DNA of 64,000 nucleotides from Psilocybe cubensis (taxonomy: Eukaryota), in NCBI GenBank assembly GCA_017499595.2, contig CM038999.1:2914001-2978000 (forward strand). Direction: 5' to 3'. The translations under genes and the position numbers were made by a program. Positions 11,795 to 23,632 of the stretch are shown piece by piece. The first letter of the stretch is position 1, and the number at the start of each line of letters is the position of its first letter. The notes under the pieces are model-generated. The model searched no databases and was not told where the DNA came from. It worked only from the letters and a program-made list of their open reading frames with translations.

Positions 11795-13426
11795 TTATTC
11801 TGTAGTATCTGGATCACGCTAAGAAACAATTGACCATGAGTGCCCATCATTGTCATAAAGAACAAACCACTTACCCAGCTACAATCAACTATGGAAGATA
11901 TCAGACAATTTTCCATCTCCTCATAGCTGTTAAACGGAGGTATGAACAGAATGTGCTCCGGAGCATCATCATACTTTCTGGGAACGGAGCGTTCTGTATT
12001 CCCCAGAATGGTTACGCGTTGAATGTCGCCGTCCGGGGCTTTCATCACTTTTATCTGGTCTGTAACAGGAACGCGTTCCAGGCCTGTCAGGAATACAAAA
12101 AGCGCATGCTGGCGTTCAGGTGTCCAGGACTTCGTGATTGCCCAAAACCACTCGAGGTGGATGTCAGGTTCGGAGGAGCCTTCGATAGTTTCATCGGCAA
12201 TGGTATACGTCGAACATCGGTCCCTGGACATTATTGTTGGTATACAATTCCAAAACTTCAGCTTTCAGAAAACTTACTTCTCCAGGACGGTTATTCCGCC
12301 AAAAACTTGTTCAACCTCGGCTTGAGAATATCCTATAAACGAACGTCGGCCTATCAGATCATAAAATCCGTCAAGTAATGAATGTCTTTGTTTAGATGTG
12401 TTGGTAGTGTCAGAAGTGTCTTTGGGGTTATCGGATGTCCCACACAGAGAAGGATAGAAGAGCGGCACAAGTTTAGGGTCTAGTAGGTACCCATGAAAAA
12501 TAGCCAGTCCGTGAAGCTGGCCAATGAACTTGAAGTAATTCAGATAATCCGGTATTGTAGTACTGGATGAGGGATTGATCTTCAACTGCCCTGTGGATCC
12601 GTCCGGAAGGAAGAAACCAAGGTCTGGATGGAAAAATGTATCTAGCAACAGGTCTAACCAAGTACTGTTAGAACGAGATGAGTATTCTACACGAAGTTTG
12701 GGGGTCTGAGACTGACTTCACCGGATTTCTACACATCAAGTCGTCCTCGAATACGACGGATGGACGTCGTCTTAGATCCGCAAGCGACCTCAATTTACTG
12801 AAGATCGAGAAACTGTCCTGAACGATACGGCTCTTCTTAACTCTAATTTCGAAAACACCTGGCTGCAATTTCAGACGATGTCGACTGTTGAGATACAGAA
12901 CTTTCCGCCTAAGTTTCGAAAAAGGGTCTGTCACATCCAACTTTCTCCTAGGATCTTCCCAAGTCGTTGTTCTAGTATTATGGTCCACAAAGTACGTGCT
13001 CATTTTCCCAGGTACGACACGGATTTCCCAACCAGGAGGAAGCGGGCCCAATCCTTCGATCTCTTCTACGACATCGAATGGCGGAGGGTGGATCCACGTA
13101 GTTGTCCTGGTATTGTGATCCACATAGTATTTGCGCCCTTTGCTATCAATACGGCAAACCCAGCCAGCGGGCAACGGCGAGTCCTCTGGATAAGCCGACG
13201 ACCCATCGTACGGTGGCCGTGTCCATGTCGTCGTGCCCGTGTTATGATCAATGTAGTACTTGCGACCTTTACTGTCAAGCGCTATCTCCCAACCTCTGGG
13301 AAGACCCTCTTCATGAACGCCCATAGGGTTGAGCTGCGTCCGAGGATCCTGCGATCCAGAGACATGTTTCGGTGGAGAACTGGAAGGTTCCCTGTCATGT
13401 CTGGCCTTCGTACTGCTTTCCGGCAT
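11795..13426 (-). CDS. Rsp5/NEDD4-derived 3xWW + truncated pseudo-HECT protein, copy 3 (closest to Rsp5)
   Basis: Three canonical WW domains ([40 protein letters not shown]). HECT-like INPSS...[25 protein letters not shown] and WFWAITKSW...[23 protein letters not shown] replaces the catalytic motif. A probable extra intron at 11874-11819 gives the stop at 11795 (11764 if unspliced). Start Met inferred at 13426. Confidence 0.85.
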
Positions 13427-13894
13427 TAAATCAAAGCGGCGATTAAAGACGTTGGCGAGAGTTCTAGCTTTCGTTGGTGAAACGATAATCAGACAAGCGA
13501 AGCCCCTGTCGAGTTCCAAGGGGTTTGAAATTGTTGTCCAACTCAAGGTGTCCTAGTAATTGGAAACGTACAGCAGAGTGATGACCTGCAATCGACAGCG
13601 GCTGGCAGAGATGAGTAAACTGGAATGACAAGAGATAATTTGAGTGATACAACGTGGTTAGTTGTGGTTCGTTTAACGAGTACTGACACTACTTGTGGCA
13701 GTTGTGGCGTCGTGCCACTTCCATAAATAGACTCGGTTCGCTTATAAACGCTTCTTCAAGTTATAGGTGTAAACAATCAAATGAAGGTATTGTAATTCTA
13801 GAAAGTCGAATCTACAGTAAATATTACAAGCTCCAAGTACATGAGGGACAAAAATAATTTAAGATAAATTAAAGATAAGGCGGGCAATGGACAT

Positions 13895-15034
13895 TCAATC
13901 GAGGTCTTCAATGGAGGCGTCGGAGGGAACTTGTTGATCTGACGAATCGTCGTCTCTCTTGGTCGCGACATTAGGAAGAGATTCCTTTACCAAAGGTTCA
14001 TCTGCGATGTCCACACCAACAGTCTCATCGTTCACATCACTGGCTCTGGGCATTTTGACTTTGATCATGCGACGTTCAAAACTTTGAGGGACGACCATGG
14101 CACTCTTCAATGACTGAGACGCCTTCTGTAAAGAAGAAGACATGGGGTCAAGTTCCATAGTGTCGATTGCCTCAGAGCTATTGTCATCCTCAGTTTCAGA
14201 CTCGGCGTCCTGCCGTTTAGCAGGCTGAGAAATTGCGACATTGCTATTCGCAACAGACGCGGCGAATGTTCCACTAGGATTTTCGTTGCCAGAAGTCCCA
14301 TAGAGTAGGTCAGTTGAAGGAAAATTGACGTATTGGCCCACAGCGGGGGTGAGTAACGACGTGACAAGGCTCGAGACTTCTGTCAGAACGCCGTCCTCTG
14401 ACCCAACGAGGGAGGCAACAGTGCTTCCCGCCTCACCAGTGCCAGAGTTGGACAAAGCTGATCCGTCCTTGACGATACCAGTTGGATTGACATTAGTATT
14501 GGAGCTCGAAGAGTCTGAAACGACGCCCGGGTCACTCGGGCTGGAGGAATCGTTGGTTATGGTGACAACACCAGAGTCAGAACTGGTAGAACTAGGACTG
14601 CCACTGGCCATGTTAGAGGTAACGATCTTAGAGCCAGTGATACTAGAGCCTTTGCTTGTGACGGTGTCGACACTAGGTTCGGGGGTATCGACCTTGACAT
14701 AGGGCGGTGTCGTCGAGGTAGAGCCAGTATTTGTCTCTCCAGCCACAGTTTCAAAAAATTCTCTGTTTGCGCCAAGATCGAGAGATGAGCCATTACCGTC
14801 GCCTGTAGAAATCTTGCCGTCTTTCTCGACCACATCATCGATTTGGTTCCTTGCGATGTGTTCCGAATCTAGGCCAAAGTCGGCGTTGTGGAACTGGCGA
14901 TCATGGACAATTTTGCGGACGTGAAGACCATCGGAAGAGTGATTGCTTGTGAGGGTCTTTGCGATGGTAGCTGCCTCGACGCCCATGTTGAGGAGAGAAA
15001 GAGCAGGGACGATGACATAGATGACGTTGCGCAT
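13895..15034 (-). CDS. Secreted Ser/Thr/Asp-rich low-complexity protein
   Basis: Single long ORF. The first plausible ATG at 15034 gives a signal-peptide-like MRNVIYVIVPALSLLNMGVEAA. The body is S/T-rich with dibasic KR/RR sites. Confidence 0.65.
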   Translation of the reverse strand: MRNVIYVIVPALSLLNMGVEAATIAKTLTSNHSSDGLHVRKIVHDRQFHNADFGLDSEHIARNQIDDVVEKDGKISTGDGNGSSLDLGANREFFETVAGETNTGSTSTTPPYVKVDTPEPSVDTVTSKGSSITGSKIVTSNMASGSPSSTSSDSGVVTITNDSSSPSDPGVVSDSSSSNTNVNPTGIVKDGSALSNSGTGEAGSTVASLVGSEDGVLTEVSSLVTSLLTPAVGQYVNFPSTDLLYGTSGNENPSGTFAASVANSNVAISQPAKRQDAESETEDDNSSEAIDTMELDPMSSSLQKASQSLKSAMVVPQSFERRMIKVKMPRASDVNDETVGVDIADEPLVKESLPNVATKRDDDSSDQQVPSDASIEDLD

Positions 15035-15437
15035 GGCGAAGAAAGAGAAGACTGGAGAGAGATAGAGAAGATTGAACTGCAAGACGGCTTAAATATTGGT
15101 CTGTGAGAGGCTGACGCTGGCTGACAGAAATATTATTGTATTGGTGGTCAGACGTCGATCAAATTAGGAACTGTATGGGAAGGACAGTTGACGCGCATCA
15201 CGGAAGATATAGGTGTTGAGAGTTGGACAGTTCTGGGAGGTATTTGTGTGTGGATGGATGGCGCGTGATGGGTCTCCTGCTTATCTAGACAAATTGTCTG
15301 CCATGAGGCCATCCTCCTGCACCACTCCGGCTCCCTAAATAGCTGCCATCCCTGTCCGAGATATTCTCAAAAATACACAAAACAATCGCCCTGTAATTGC
15401 CACCTTTCTCTCCCCCGCATCCTCCACCCCATTTCCT

Positions 15438-16035
15438 ATGGCTTCTCACTCGACTCCCTCCTCCTCCACCTCTTCAATATCATATCCTGCTCCAGATCCC
15501 CCCGTCATTCTTCCAGAGGACTATACAGACAACGGCCGTCCTACCAGCAGCAGCAGATCTTTTCTCAGCAGCACCCCTGCTCCAGGCAGCGCTATCGAGG
15601 TCCATACTCTTCAGCACGAGTACCAGCTCCATGTCAAGCTCCCCGGCTTCAGCTGGGATGGCATCACTCTCGCCACAAAGCGCCGCCGCATTCTGCATGT
15701 AGTCGCCGATCGTTGGGACCATGGTGGGGGTGAGTGCCGTTCTGTCGCGTTTTAACCTTTTAACTTTCCGATCATGATTCTTGCCGTGTTCAATATCCCG
15801 AGTCAACTTCCCGCGTCGTTCTCCTGCCGCCTCTGGTCTTGTTGCATTGTCCTGGTACTTATGACTTGCTACAGGTCATTTTGAACGTCGTGTCGCGTTT
15901 GGATACGACGCCGATCTCACTCAGGTCAAGGCTGATTTTCATTCTGATTTGCTTCGTGTCACTATTCCACGTCGCACATCCGCAGTCGCCTCTATGCAGT
16001 CAGCTATGTATGCGCCTATCGGGAGGTCGTCCTAA
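15438..16035 (+). CDS. Small HSP20/alpha-crystallin-like protein
   Basis: Exon 1 YQLHVKLPGFSWDGITLATKRRRILHVVAD, intron 15730-15874 (GTGAGT...TACAG), exon 2 HFERRVAFGYDADLTQVKADFHSDLLRVTIPR. These match the LPG, FxR and LxVxIP hallmarks of the HSP20 fold. Confidence 0.8.
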
Positions 16036-16741
16036 CTGCCCTCTGCATTCTTTTTGTGTGGGATCCATGTTCTTTCTTCCGAGTGATCCAGACGCGTCAC
16101 ATGCGGAAAACACAAAAGAACCCACAATAACCCGACTAGAAGAGCCTACCTAGAGGGGTTACCCACAGCCCTGTCTCTTCAACTCCTCGAGGGGACCAAA
16201 ATCAGTGGCGTCAGCACCAGAGATGACCTCTCCAGCAAGCACCATCAGCATTTTCCGACCACTTCTGGCGCGGCCGAACCTCATCGCAGTTCCGGATGTC
16301 GCCTTCAAGCTTCCATCCCACACCATGCCCCATCTCGCCAACGCCCACTCCTACTCCAAAATACATTTCGTGACTCTTGTGATTTCTCACACCATATATC
16401 GATTTCATTACCGTATTCATTTTACATTTCCCTTCAACTGTACTATACCAATCCAAAATAGACTATTTGCGGACCGCCGTTTGCCGTTTTTGAAAATGTA
16501 CGCCCGATTGCAACTTGAGCTCAGACTTTTACGAAATTTGTTGCTGATTAGCCGTGTACCAACACACACCATGTCTGGCTTCAAATCCTCACCGGGACAG
16601 TCATTTTTGAGGTAAGACACATCGCATGCAGCACAGTGACGCGAACAAATTCGAAGCACGATGATCATTATCACACTCCATCCGCTACGGCCGCCCTGTC
16701 TATCGAGCATCAAGCAGTCCTGCCGCGAACAGAGCTCAGGG

Positions 16742-19088
16742 ATGCGAGCTTCGAAAATTTATTCTACAAAATGGCTTCACAAAACCACCGATTGTACGAG
16801 GCGGTTTCACTCCGACATTCATCCTCGGCAAGAAATGCACGCCTCCAATTTACCTACGCAAACAGACCTTTTGGAGAAATACCGGGGCCTGGTGACCCTT
16901 GGGCATATTAAATACGACGAAGAACAGATAAGAGCTGTCATGAAGGTTGTTCTATCCACATTAATTTGACGATTATAAGAAAATTGACATCCTTGCAGCT
17001 TCGACGCCTGCACAAGGAGTTGATAGATTATGCCCCACCGGCGCATTCTGCCAACCTTCTGGGCCCACTTGCCCATCCGCCCTGTGAAGATCCAGAACAA
17101 GAGAAGCCTTGGTGGGTCTTCTCAGAGAAAGAAATGGAAACAAAGCAATTCGGGAAAGCGCTTGTCACACTCCGGGGCCACGCCGAAGAGTTAGGGGCTC
17201 TGGAAACGCCCAAAGTATGTATAGCAGGCTCTTGTGTTTTCGCCCAGTCCAGCTTATGCACTTTCTCTACCCAGGGTCTCCTTTTGACGGGACCTCCGGG
17301 GTCTGGAAAGAGTTTCTTGGTCGATCTTTGGTTTCAGTCCGTCCCAACGCCATACAAAGTTCGAAAGCACTATAGTCAGCTTGTGTTAGAGATCTATCGT
17401 GGAGTATGGGAGGAGACTAAACGACGGATGGGAGCACAGAATCAAATCGTATCCGAGGAAAGAGGTCCATGGAATAAGAACATTCGCGGACAAATGGAGC
17501 GCCTTTTGCGCGCAGGTTCTCTCCCTATTCGATGGGGAACTTTCAGACGCGTTTCCGCGGAATATACGAATCCATCCATCGCGTTCATGGTCGCAAAGAG
17601 ACTTTTACTCAGACATTGGTTGCTAGTCTTCGATGAAATTCAGCTTCTAGACGTCTCGAGTGCAAATTTACTTGCTGATGTGCTGACTTGGTATTGGCGT
17701 ATGGGTGGTGTCATTGTTGGCACTTCGAACAAAGTTCCTGATGAACTTTACCGCAACGGAGTTCAGCGGGAAAGATTGGAACCTTTCGTAGAGGCTCTGA
17801 AACTCAGGTGTCCTGTCACAGTTTTGGACGGTCAAAAAGACTGGCGGGAGGTACAAAGCGCGTCAGAGACCGACGGCCGTTCCTGGTTTACCTTTGATCA
17901 ACGTTCCGCCTTCAATGACATCGTTGAAAGATATTATCCGGTCGATAAAGGTTGGCGTTAACGTCATTTCCCCTGAAATTTTTACTGATGGGTTGTTTAG
18001 AGTCGACAAGTCGAATGTTGCGTGTGTTTGGCAGAACAATATATATCCCATCTGCTTCTGGACAACTGTGTAAATTCTCATTCTCTGAACTGTGCAACGA
18101 GGTAATTCTTTTTTAACCAGAAAATTTAGCCATGCGTCTCAGTTGTTTTGATATTACAGACACTCGGACCGGCAGACTATCTGACAATAGCATCTAATTT
18201 CTCAGTAATTGTTATAACTGACATTCCAATTTTACCGTTATCACTCAAGGATCAAGCGCGTCGTTTTATCTCGCTGATTGACGCGCTGTACGAATCCCGG
18301 TGCAGAATAATCTGTCTCGGTGAAACGACTCCAGACAAGCTCTTCTTTCCGGAATCATCTGCACACAGCGAAGTTGACATGATGATGGCCGAATCAGTTG
18401 CCGAGACGCAGGACATCTATAGACCCAACATATCATCCTACGATACACCTCAGATGCGTGAAGCACCGTCTGTTCCGAAAGTCGCGCTTTCCATTGACAC
18501 TCTGTCCATCTTTTCTGGTTCGTCTTTGTCTTGTTTTCTGACATTAACATGTGCGATCAACGAATTGACTTGAGTACCTGCTTCCATCTTTCAGGGGAAG
18601 AAGAACAGTTTGCGTTCAAACGCGCCCTGTCGCGTCTATCAGAAATGACGAGCGCGGCATACAACCGCACCAATCAGTGGTCTCCCCTTCCTCTGAGCGA
18701 CCGGAGGTGGGAAACAGAATTACCGCATACAGGCACAGTGGAATCGTCATCTGCTTTCATCGCCAAGGCAGAACCACGGGCGAGCGCAGAGTACGCTCAG
18801 CAGCATCAGCTTACGCAGCCTAGGCCGGAAGCGCCTAGTCGCTCGGCCACCTACGACAGTGACGATTTTGCCACGGAAGCATCGTGCGAAACCGTTGGTC
18901 CGTCTTTCAAGCGCCCACAGGCCCCGCGAATCAATGCAGACCATGTTTGGGGAGTTAGAGAAGACTGGGGGCCTGGAGCGAAAGCGTGGGGCTTGGGCCC
19001 TAAACTTTACGCCCGCCCCGAAAAAAGAACAAAGCTAGAAACAGACACGGAAGTCAAACGCAGCGTCGAGAGAACGCCAAAAGATTAG
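16742..19088 (+). CDS. AFG1: AFG1/LACE1 (ZapE)-like mitochondrial ATPase
   Basis: Walker A GPPGSGKS, Walker B LVFDEIQ, GTSNKVPDELYRNGVQRE, LGPADYL, DQARRFISLIDALYE and EEQFAFKRALSRL across several introns. The start is inferred from a presequence-like MRASKIYSTKW...RRFHS. Confidence 0.88.
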
Positions 19089-21429
19089 AAACTGGAAAAA
19101 ATATCTTGTTTGGGAGTAGGATTGGCTGAACGCTTTGGCTTTTCCCAATGCATTTGGTTGTCGCATTTGCCAGGTGTATTACTCTGTACCACGTTTGGCA
19201 TGTTTCTTCGTGGTTCGCCGTTGAAGTCTGGGCCGACATGGGAATACCCCTTCGTGGAATAAGGCTCGTATTGCGCTTGGCAGCAAATGGTGGGAAGCAA
19301 GTTTAGATGACCGAAAATGCCTTTTAAGGCTTGCTGTTCCTTTTCGCCCGTCTCACTCTGTAGGAAGCACAAAAGGCAAATTCAAGTCACCAGAGGAAAG
19401 AAGTCCGCTTCTTACCACCTTCCACTTCCCAAGATCACCGCGACCCAATGACCTGTCCCTTTTTTTGGCTACAAAGCACTAATTCACCCGACTGCGCGAT
19501 TCCGTGTGCCTTTGGATTCTATGATGGCGAGCTGACGCCATTTTTTTGCGATTTCAGGCCGTGGTGCTTGTAATTGACACCGGCGAGGCATACAACCTAT
19601 TTTGTTTATCTGTACATGTAAACGAAGCCGCATTTTGTTTTATTGCGTCCACCGCCGGGGTTAATACTCTGGGACACACGGGTCCGGCAAATACTCCAAG
19701 ACATTAATTGTTTCCCGTTTTCCACGAGAAGTCAAGTAACTTCTGCCCATTGCGCCGAGCCTGAGTGCGGAAACTCCAATAGGAATCGCAGGATGGGTGT
19801 CAGTCAGTTAGTTATGAGAACTTGAACCGGAACTTGGACGGAAGACGAGGATTATCACTGGACATTATCAGATCATATCAGTATGATCAATGAGGGAGAA
19901 GTAGGACGGCTGGCCAGATGTGTGGTTTTTTTTTCGCGAATCGCTCAGATCTTTGTTTGTTGACGCTCGCTTCGGGCGAGCGGCGGCGGGCATGGACATC
20001 TAGCGTATTTCAAACGGTATCGATTTACAATTGAATGAACAACCAAACGCTCGCTACCTTTTTTTTCTTCTTTCCCTTCAATCTCGGAGGCCCATCCAAA
20101 TGCAAAGGAAAACCTTAAAGTCAAAGCCGCGAATATATAACCGGACCCATTGTTCTGTCAAGCTCAAAATCTCGGGTGAAAATGCTTTTTTTTCACAGTT
20201 CACACAGACATCTGTGATCTAGTGCATGTAAGTACATGTGCAAAGCCTCAGGCGAAAGGCGATGTGACGCTAAGGACTCGTTCAGGGTCATATGATTGCG
20301 GGTTTATCGTACTTATCCTCAACACCAACGAAGCAGGCTAGTATTTCTCTGGTGTGTCTGCCTGTCTATCTGCCTGCCTGTCTATCTGTCTATCTGTTTG
20401 CATGCCAGTGTCTGCGGCTATAATTCTGACACATAAACCCTTGGTATTTTGGTTTTATGTAACCGCCCTCGGAGTCCCAAGCGCAGAAGTCAGGCCAGGC
20501 CTCAAGGCCTTATGCGAAATTTCAAGCACTTCAATGATTCGCTCTATTTTGAACTCTCTCGTTCAACTTGTAGTTTATTCATATTCTACCCGCGCGGCGC
20601 CCGTCGGTGAATAATCGAGTCGAATAACATCGGATAAGTATTAAGCAAAGCAAAGTTCACGGGGTCGTAATATTAAATTTATACATACGCAGTGTTTTTT
20701 CTCTTCAATTGAAGAGTTTTTTCCAGCTTATCATATTAAAAAAGTTGATTTTTCTCATCGCCTGCTTTTCGGCGTAATATCTATCATTTCAAGTTGTCTA
20801 CAGAAACAAAGGCGGGATAGAGAGAGAAAGCGAAGAGAAGAGAAACAGAAGAGAAATGGCAAAGACGTCCAGGTTAGGAATCAGCATAGATGGTCAAGGT
20901 ATCATTTGGGTATAGCATGCGAACCAATCGAACCATGCGATATCAATTATGTACATATGTATTTTTTTCCCTCGAGGTTCATCATGGGGGAACTCACAAG
21001 TCAAGTCTTCCGACCGACTCAGCCAGTACCATTGTGTCAATGTTATACATTTATACATATCACATATCACATATTTGCTGGCCAAACTTTGGGTCAAAGT
21101 ACGTACGTACGTACATTCTCTTCTCATCCTATTTATGCACCACTTCCTCTGGCACTTCCTTCAATCAAAAACGTCCAATCACATCGACATCCACACCCCC
21201 TGACGGACGCCGGAATCCCACGTCCAACAGCCTCAGGAATCAGGATGGCAGCGGACAGAATCCCAGGGCCCAGGGGCACAAAGGCAAAAAGGTAAGGTAA
21301 AATAAAGGAAGCGGTCGAGACTCGACTGACTGGACACAGCGAGGGAAAAAACTGGTGTGGTATTTTGGAGATGGAGATGGTGTCCAATGTTGTACGTTGA
21401 TGTTATGTTATTTTCGCATAGCGCATGGC

Positions 21430-21478
21430 GCGTGGTGCGTGGTTCAATGCGTGGTGCGTGGTTCAATGCGTGGTGCGT
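21430..21478. repeat. 19-bp minisatellite (gcgtggtgcgtggttcaat), about 2.6 copies
   Basis: Two perfect units plus a partial third, read directly from the sequence. Confidence 0.9.
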
Positions 21479-23632
21479 TGGTGTAAGTTAAGAACTGTGG
21501 CAGCAAGGTGAGTAGTGAGTAAGTAGGTAAGGGGTGGGTAAGTAGTAGCACGTACGACGGGACCGGGAGTTGGAAGGACAGACGAAAAACGTGCCTGCGC
21601 ACAAAATAAACAGTGACACTGGACACTGGACACTGAATGACAGACAGCGCAATAAATATTCGACCAATAGTGAGATCATACAGATATACATTCAAATAAT
21701 ATAGACAGTGCGAGTGCAGCAGAGTGTCTTGTCTTATCTCGAGGTTGAACTGTGAAGCGCTTGATGGATCAATACGGCATCCGGTATCAGGATGAAATTG
21801 AACCTCGTGGGCCAGTCAGTCCTCAGTCGTCTGTTCTCTGTTGTCTCTTGACAGTTGTCCGATGGAGATTTGGTGGTGTCAAGATATAAATTAGGATTCA
21901 TACAAAGTACACGGAGCACGGAGCCGTTGACTTTCATTTGTGGATTTTAACGTTTGAGAGTAAACCAACCAATCAAACACGACGAAAGAAAGAAAGTAAA
22001 ACGAGGCGTAGTAGAATAACCGCAGATCGAAAACGACGCAGCACTGTCGAGACTTGACAGAAGACGAAGACGAAGACAAAGACATCGAGGCGAGGCGAGA
22101 AGATGTATGGATATACCACAAACACGAGCATGCCAGTGAGAGATCAGAGAAGCCGCAGAGAACAAAGAATCAGAAAAGGGGCAGCTGTAAACAAAACCAA
22201 CCCACGAACAGAAACATAGTTAGATATCGGTTAACTTAGCCTTCAAGCCACCAATGAGAAAAGAGAGAAATAGAGAGAGAAGTCAAGGTGTGAGGTGTGA
22301 GGTAGGCGGTGCCGGGTGGAGCGAGAAACATTGACATGGTATGGCTAGTCGGCAGGAAATCGAGCCAATGGTAAGAGCGAGCTTTGAGCAGAAGGAGAAG
22401 GAGAAGGGAGGTCTTGGCCCATGCTTGAACGTTGAACCCTCAGCTAGGTTAACGAAAGCGTATAGATCGTTGAAGGTAGTGTTTGCAGTGTGCACGTCTC
22501 CGCCGAGGGGCTTTTGGTGATTTGGAACCAAGACTGCGAACGCGGCATGGCAGGACATAGAGAGAGAGAGACCTTTTTAGACGCCAGAACAAAACGCACA
22601 TAGTCATTTCATTTCCGCGCATTGAAAAATGTTGAACGGGAATGTGCATCGCTTATTGCATTTCCGTGTTGACCCTAATGACGCGATGCAAATTTTTGGC
22701 GCCTGTTGGGATATAACGTACGACGTGAATGGCGCGTTTACGTGGTGATGACCAGCGGTGTATGAACGCAGCTTTTGAAACGGAATATCGAAATCGAAGT
22801 GGTGGTCAATCAATCAACGACGATCGTCCTACAGAAGCAGTTGGAGAAGAGAATGATGAAACGGGGTGTGGGTCGTCCCGCGAATCCGAGGGTGACGCCT
22901 TGAGATGGAATATGGGCATTCCGAGAATTTGGTCGGGGGCGCTGGGTCGGTGGTGAGCATATGGAATCAAAATGCGTCAGGCGGGTTGTGATGCACCGTC
23001 GACACGCGTAGAAGGCGCCGCCGCCGCTGCTGCTTGTGATGGCTGCGGGCAGTGGTGGTGTTGCTGTGGATTAATAATTGGATTGGAGCAGTGATTGATG
23101 ATTAATTTCTCGAGTTGGAGTGGGATGAAAAATTGGCGAATGGTTTGGGAGGGCGCATCGCACGGGTGGAGAAGGACAGGTGGTGGAGGTGGATTGATTC
23201 TAAAAGAAAAATCTAGCGGATGTGTGGAGGGCGCGATGATCCTCAATTCGCAAAAGAGGTAATGAGAGAGGGCCCAGACCCTCGTTTTGTGGCAGGATGG
23301 GGTGGACCGAATAGCACCAGGTGGGGTTGATATAGGAGCTTGCAGCTCCAAATACTGAGGGGAGATATTTCCAGGGAGAATTAAAAGCGGAGAATAGTGG
23401 AGCGGAAAAGAGGAATAAATATAGAGGGCAAGGTTGGCCCGGTAGGATGGCAGAGTGGAATGCGTGCCCCACGGCGTTGGGCTGCGGGAGAATGACGTGG
23501 GCAGCCGAGGAAGGCCGAATCGGGGAGATGCGAGATATTGATGAGTGACGTCAGAGAGTTTGTTTGGCCTGGTTGAAGGATTGGCGGCGTTGGCCTGGCG
23601 CTTTCAACTCTGCTTAGAACCACGACAACAGG

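Noticed and set aside
16496-16615. Upstream ATG ORF with a GTAAGA donor before AFG1
   Set aside because: I could not link it convincingly to the AFG1 frame, and the ATG at 16742 gives a better mitochondrial presequence. It may be a uORF or UTR.
21430-21478. Direct repeats resembling a CRISPR array
   Set aside because: The units are contiguous with no spacers and the context is eukaryotic, so it is an ordinary minisatellite.
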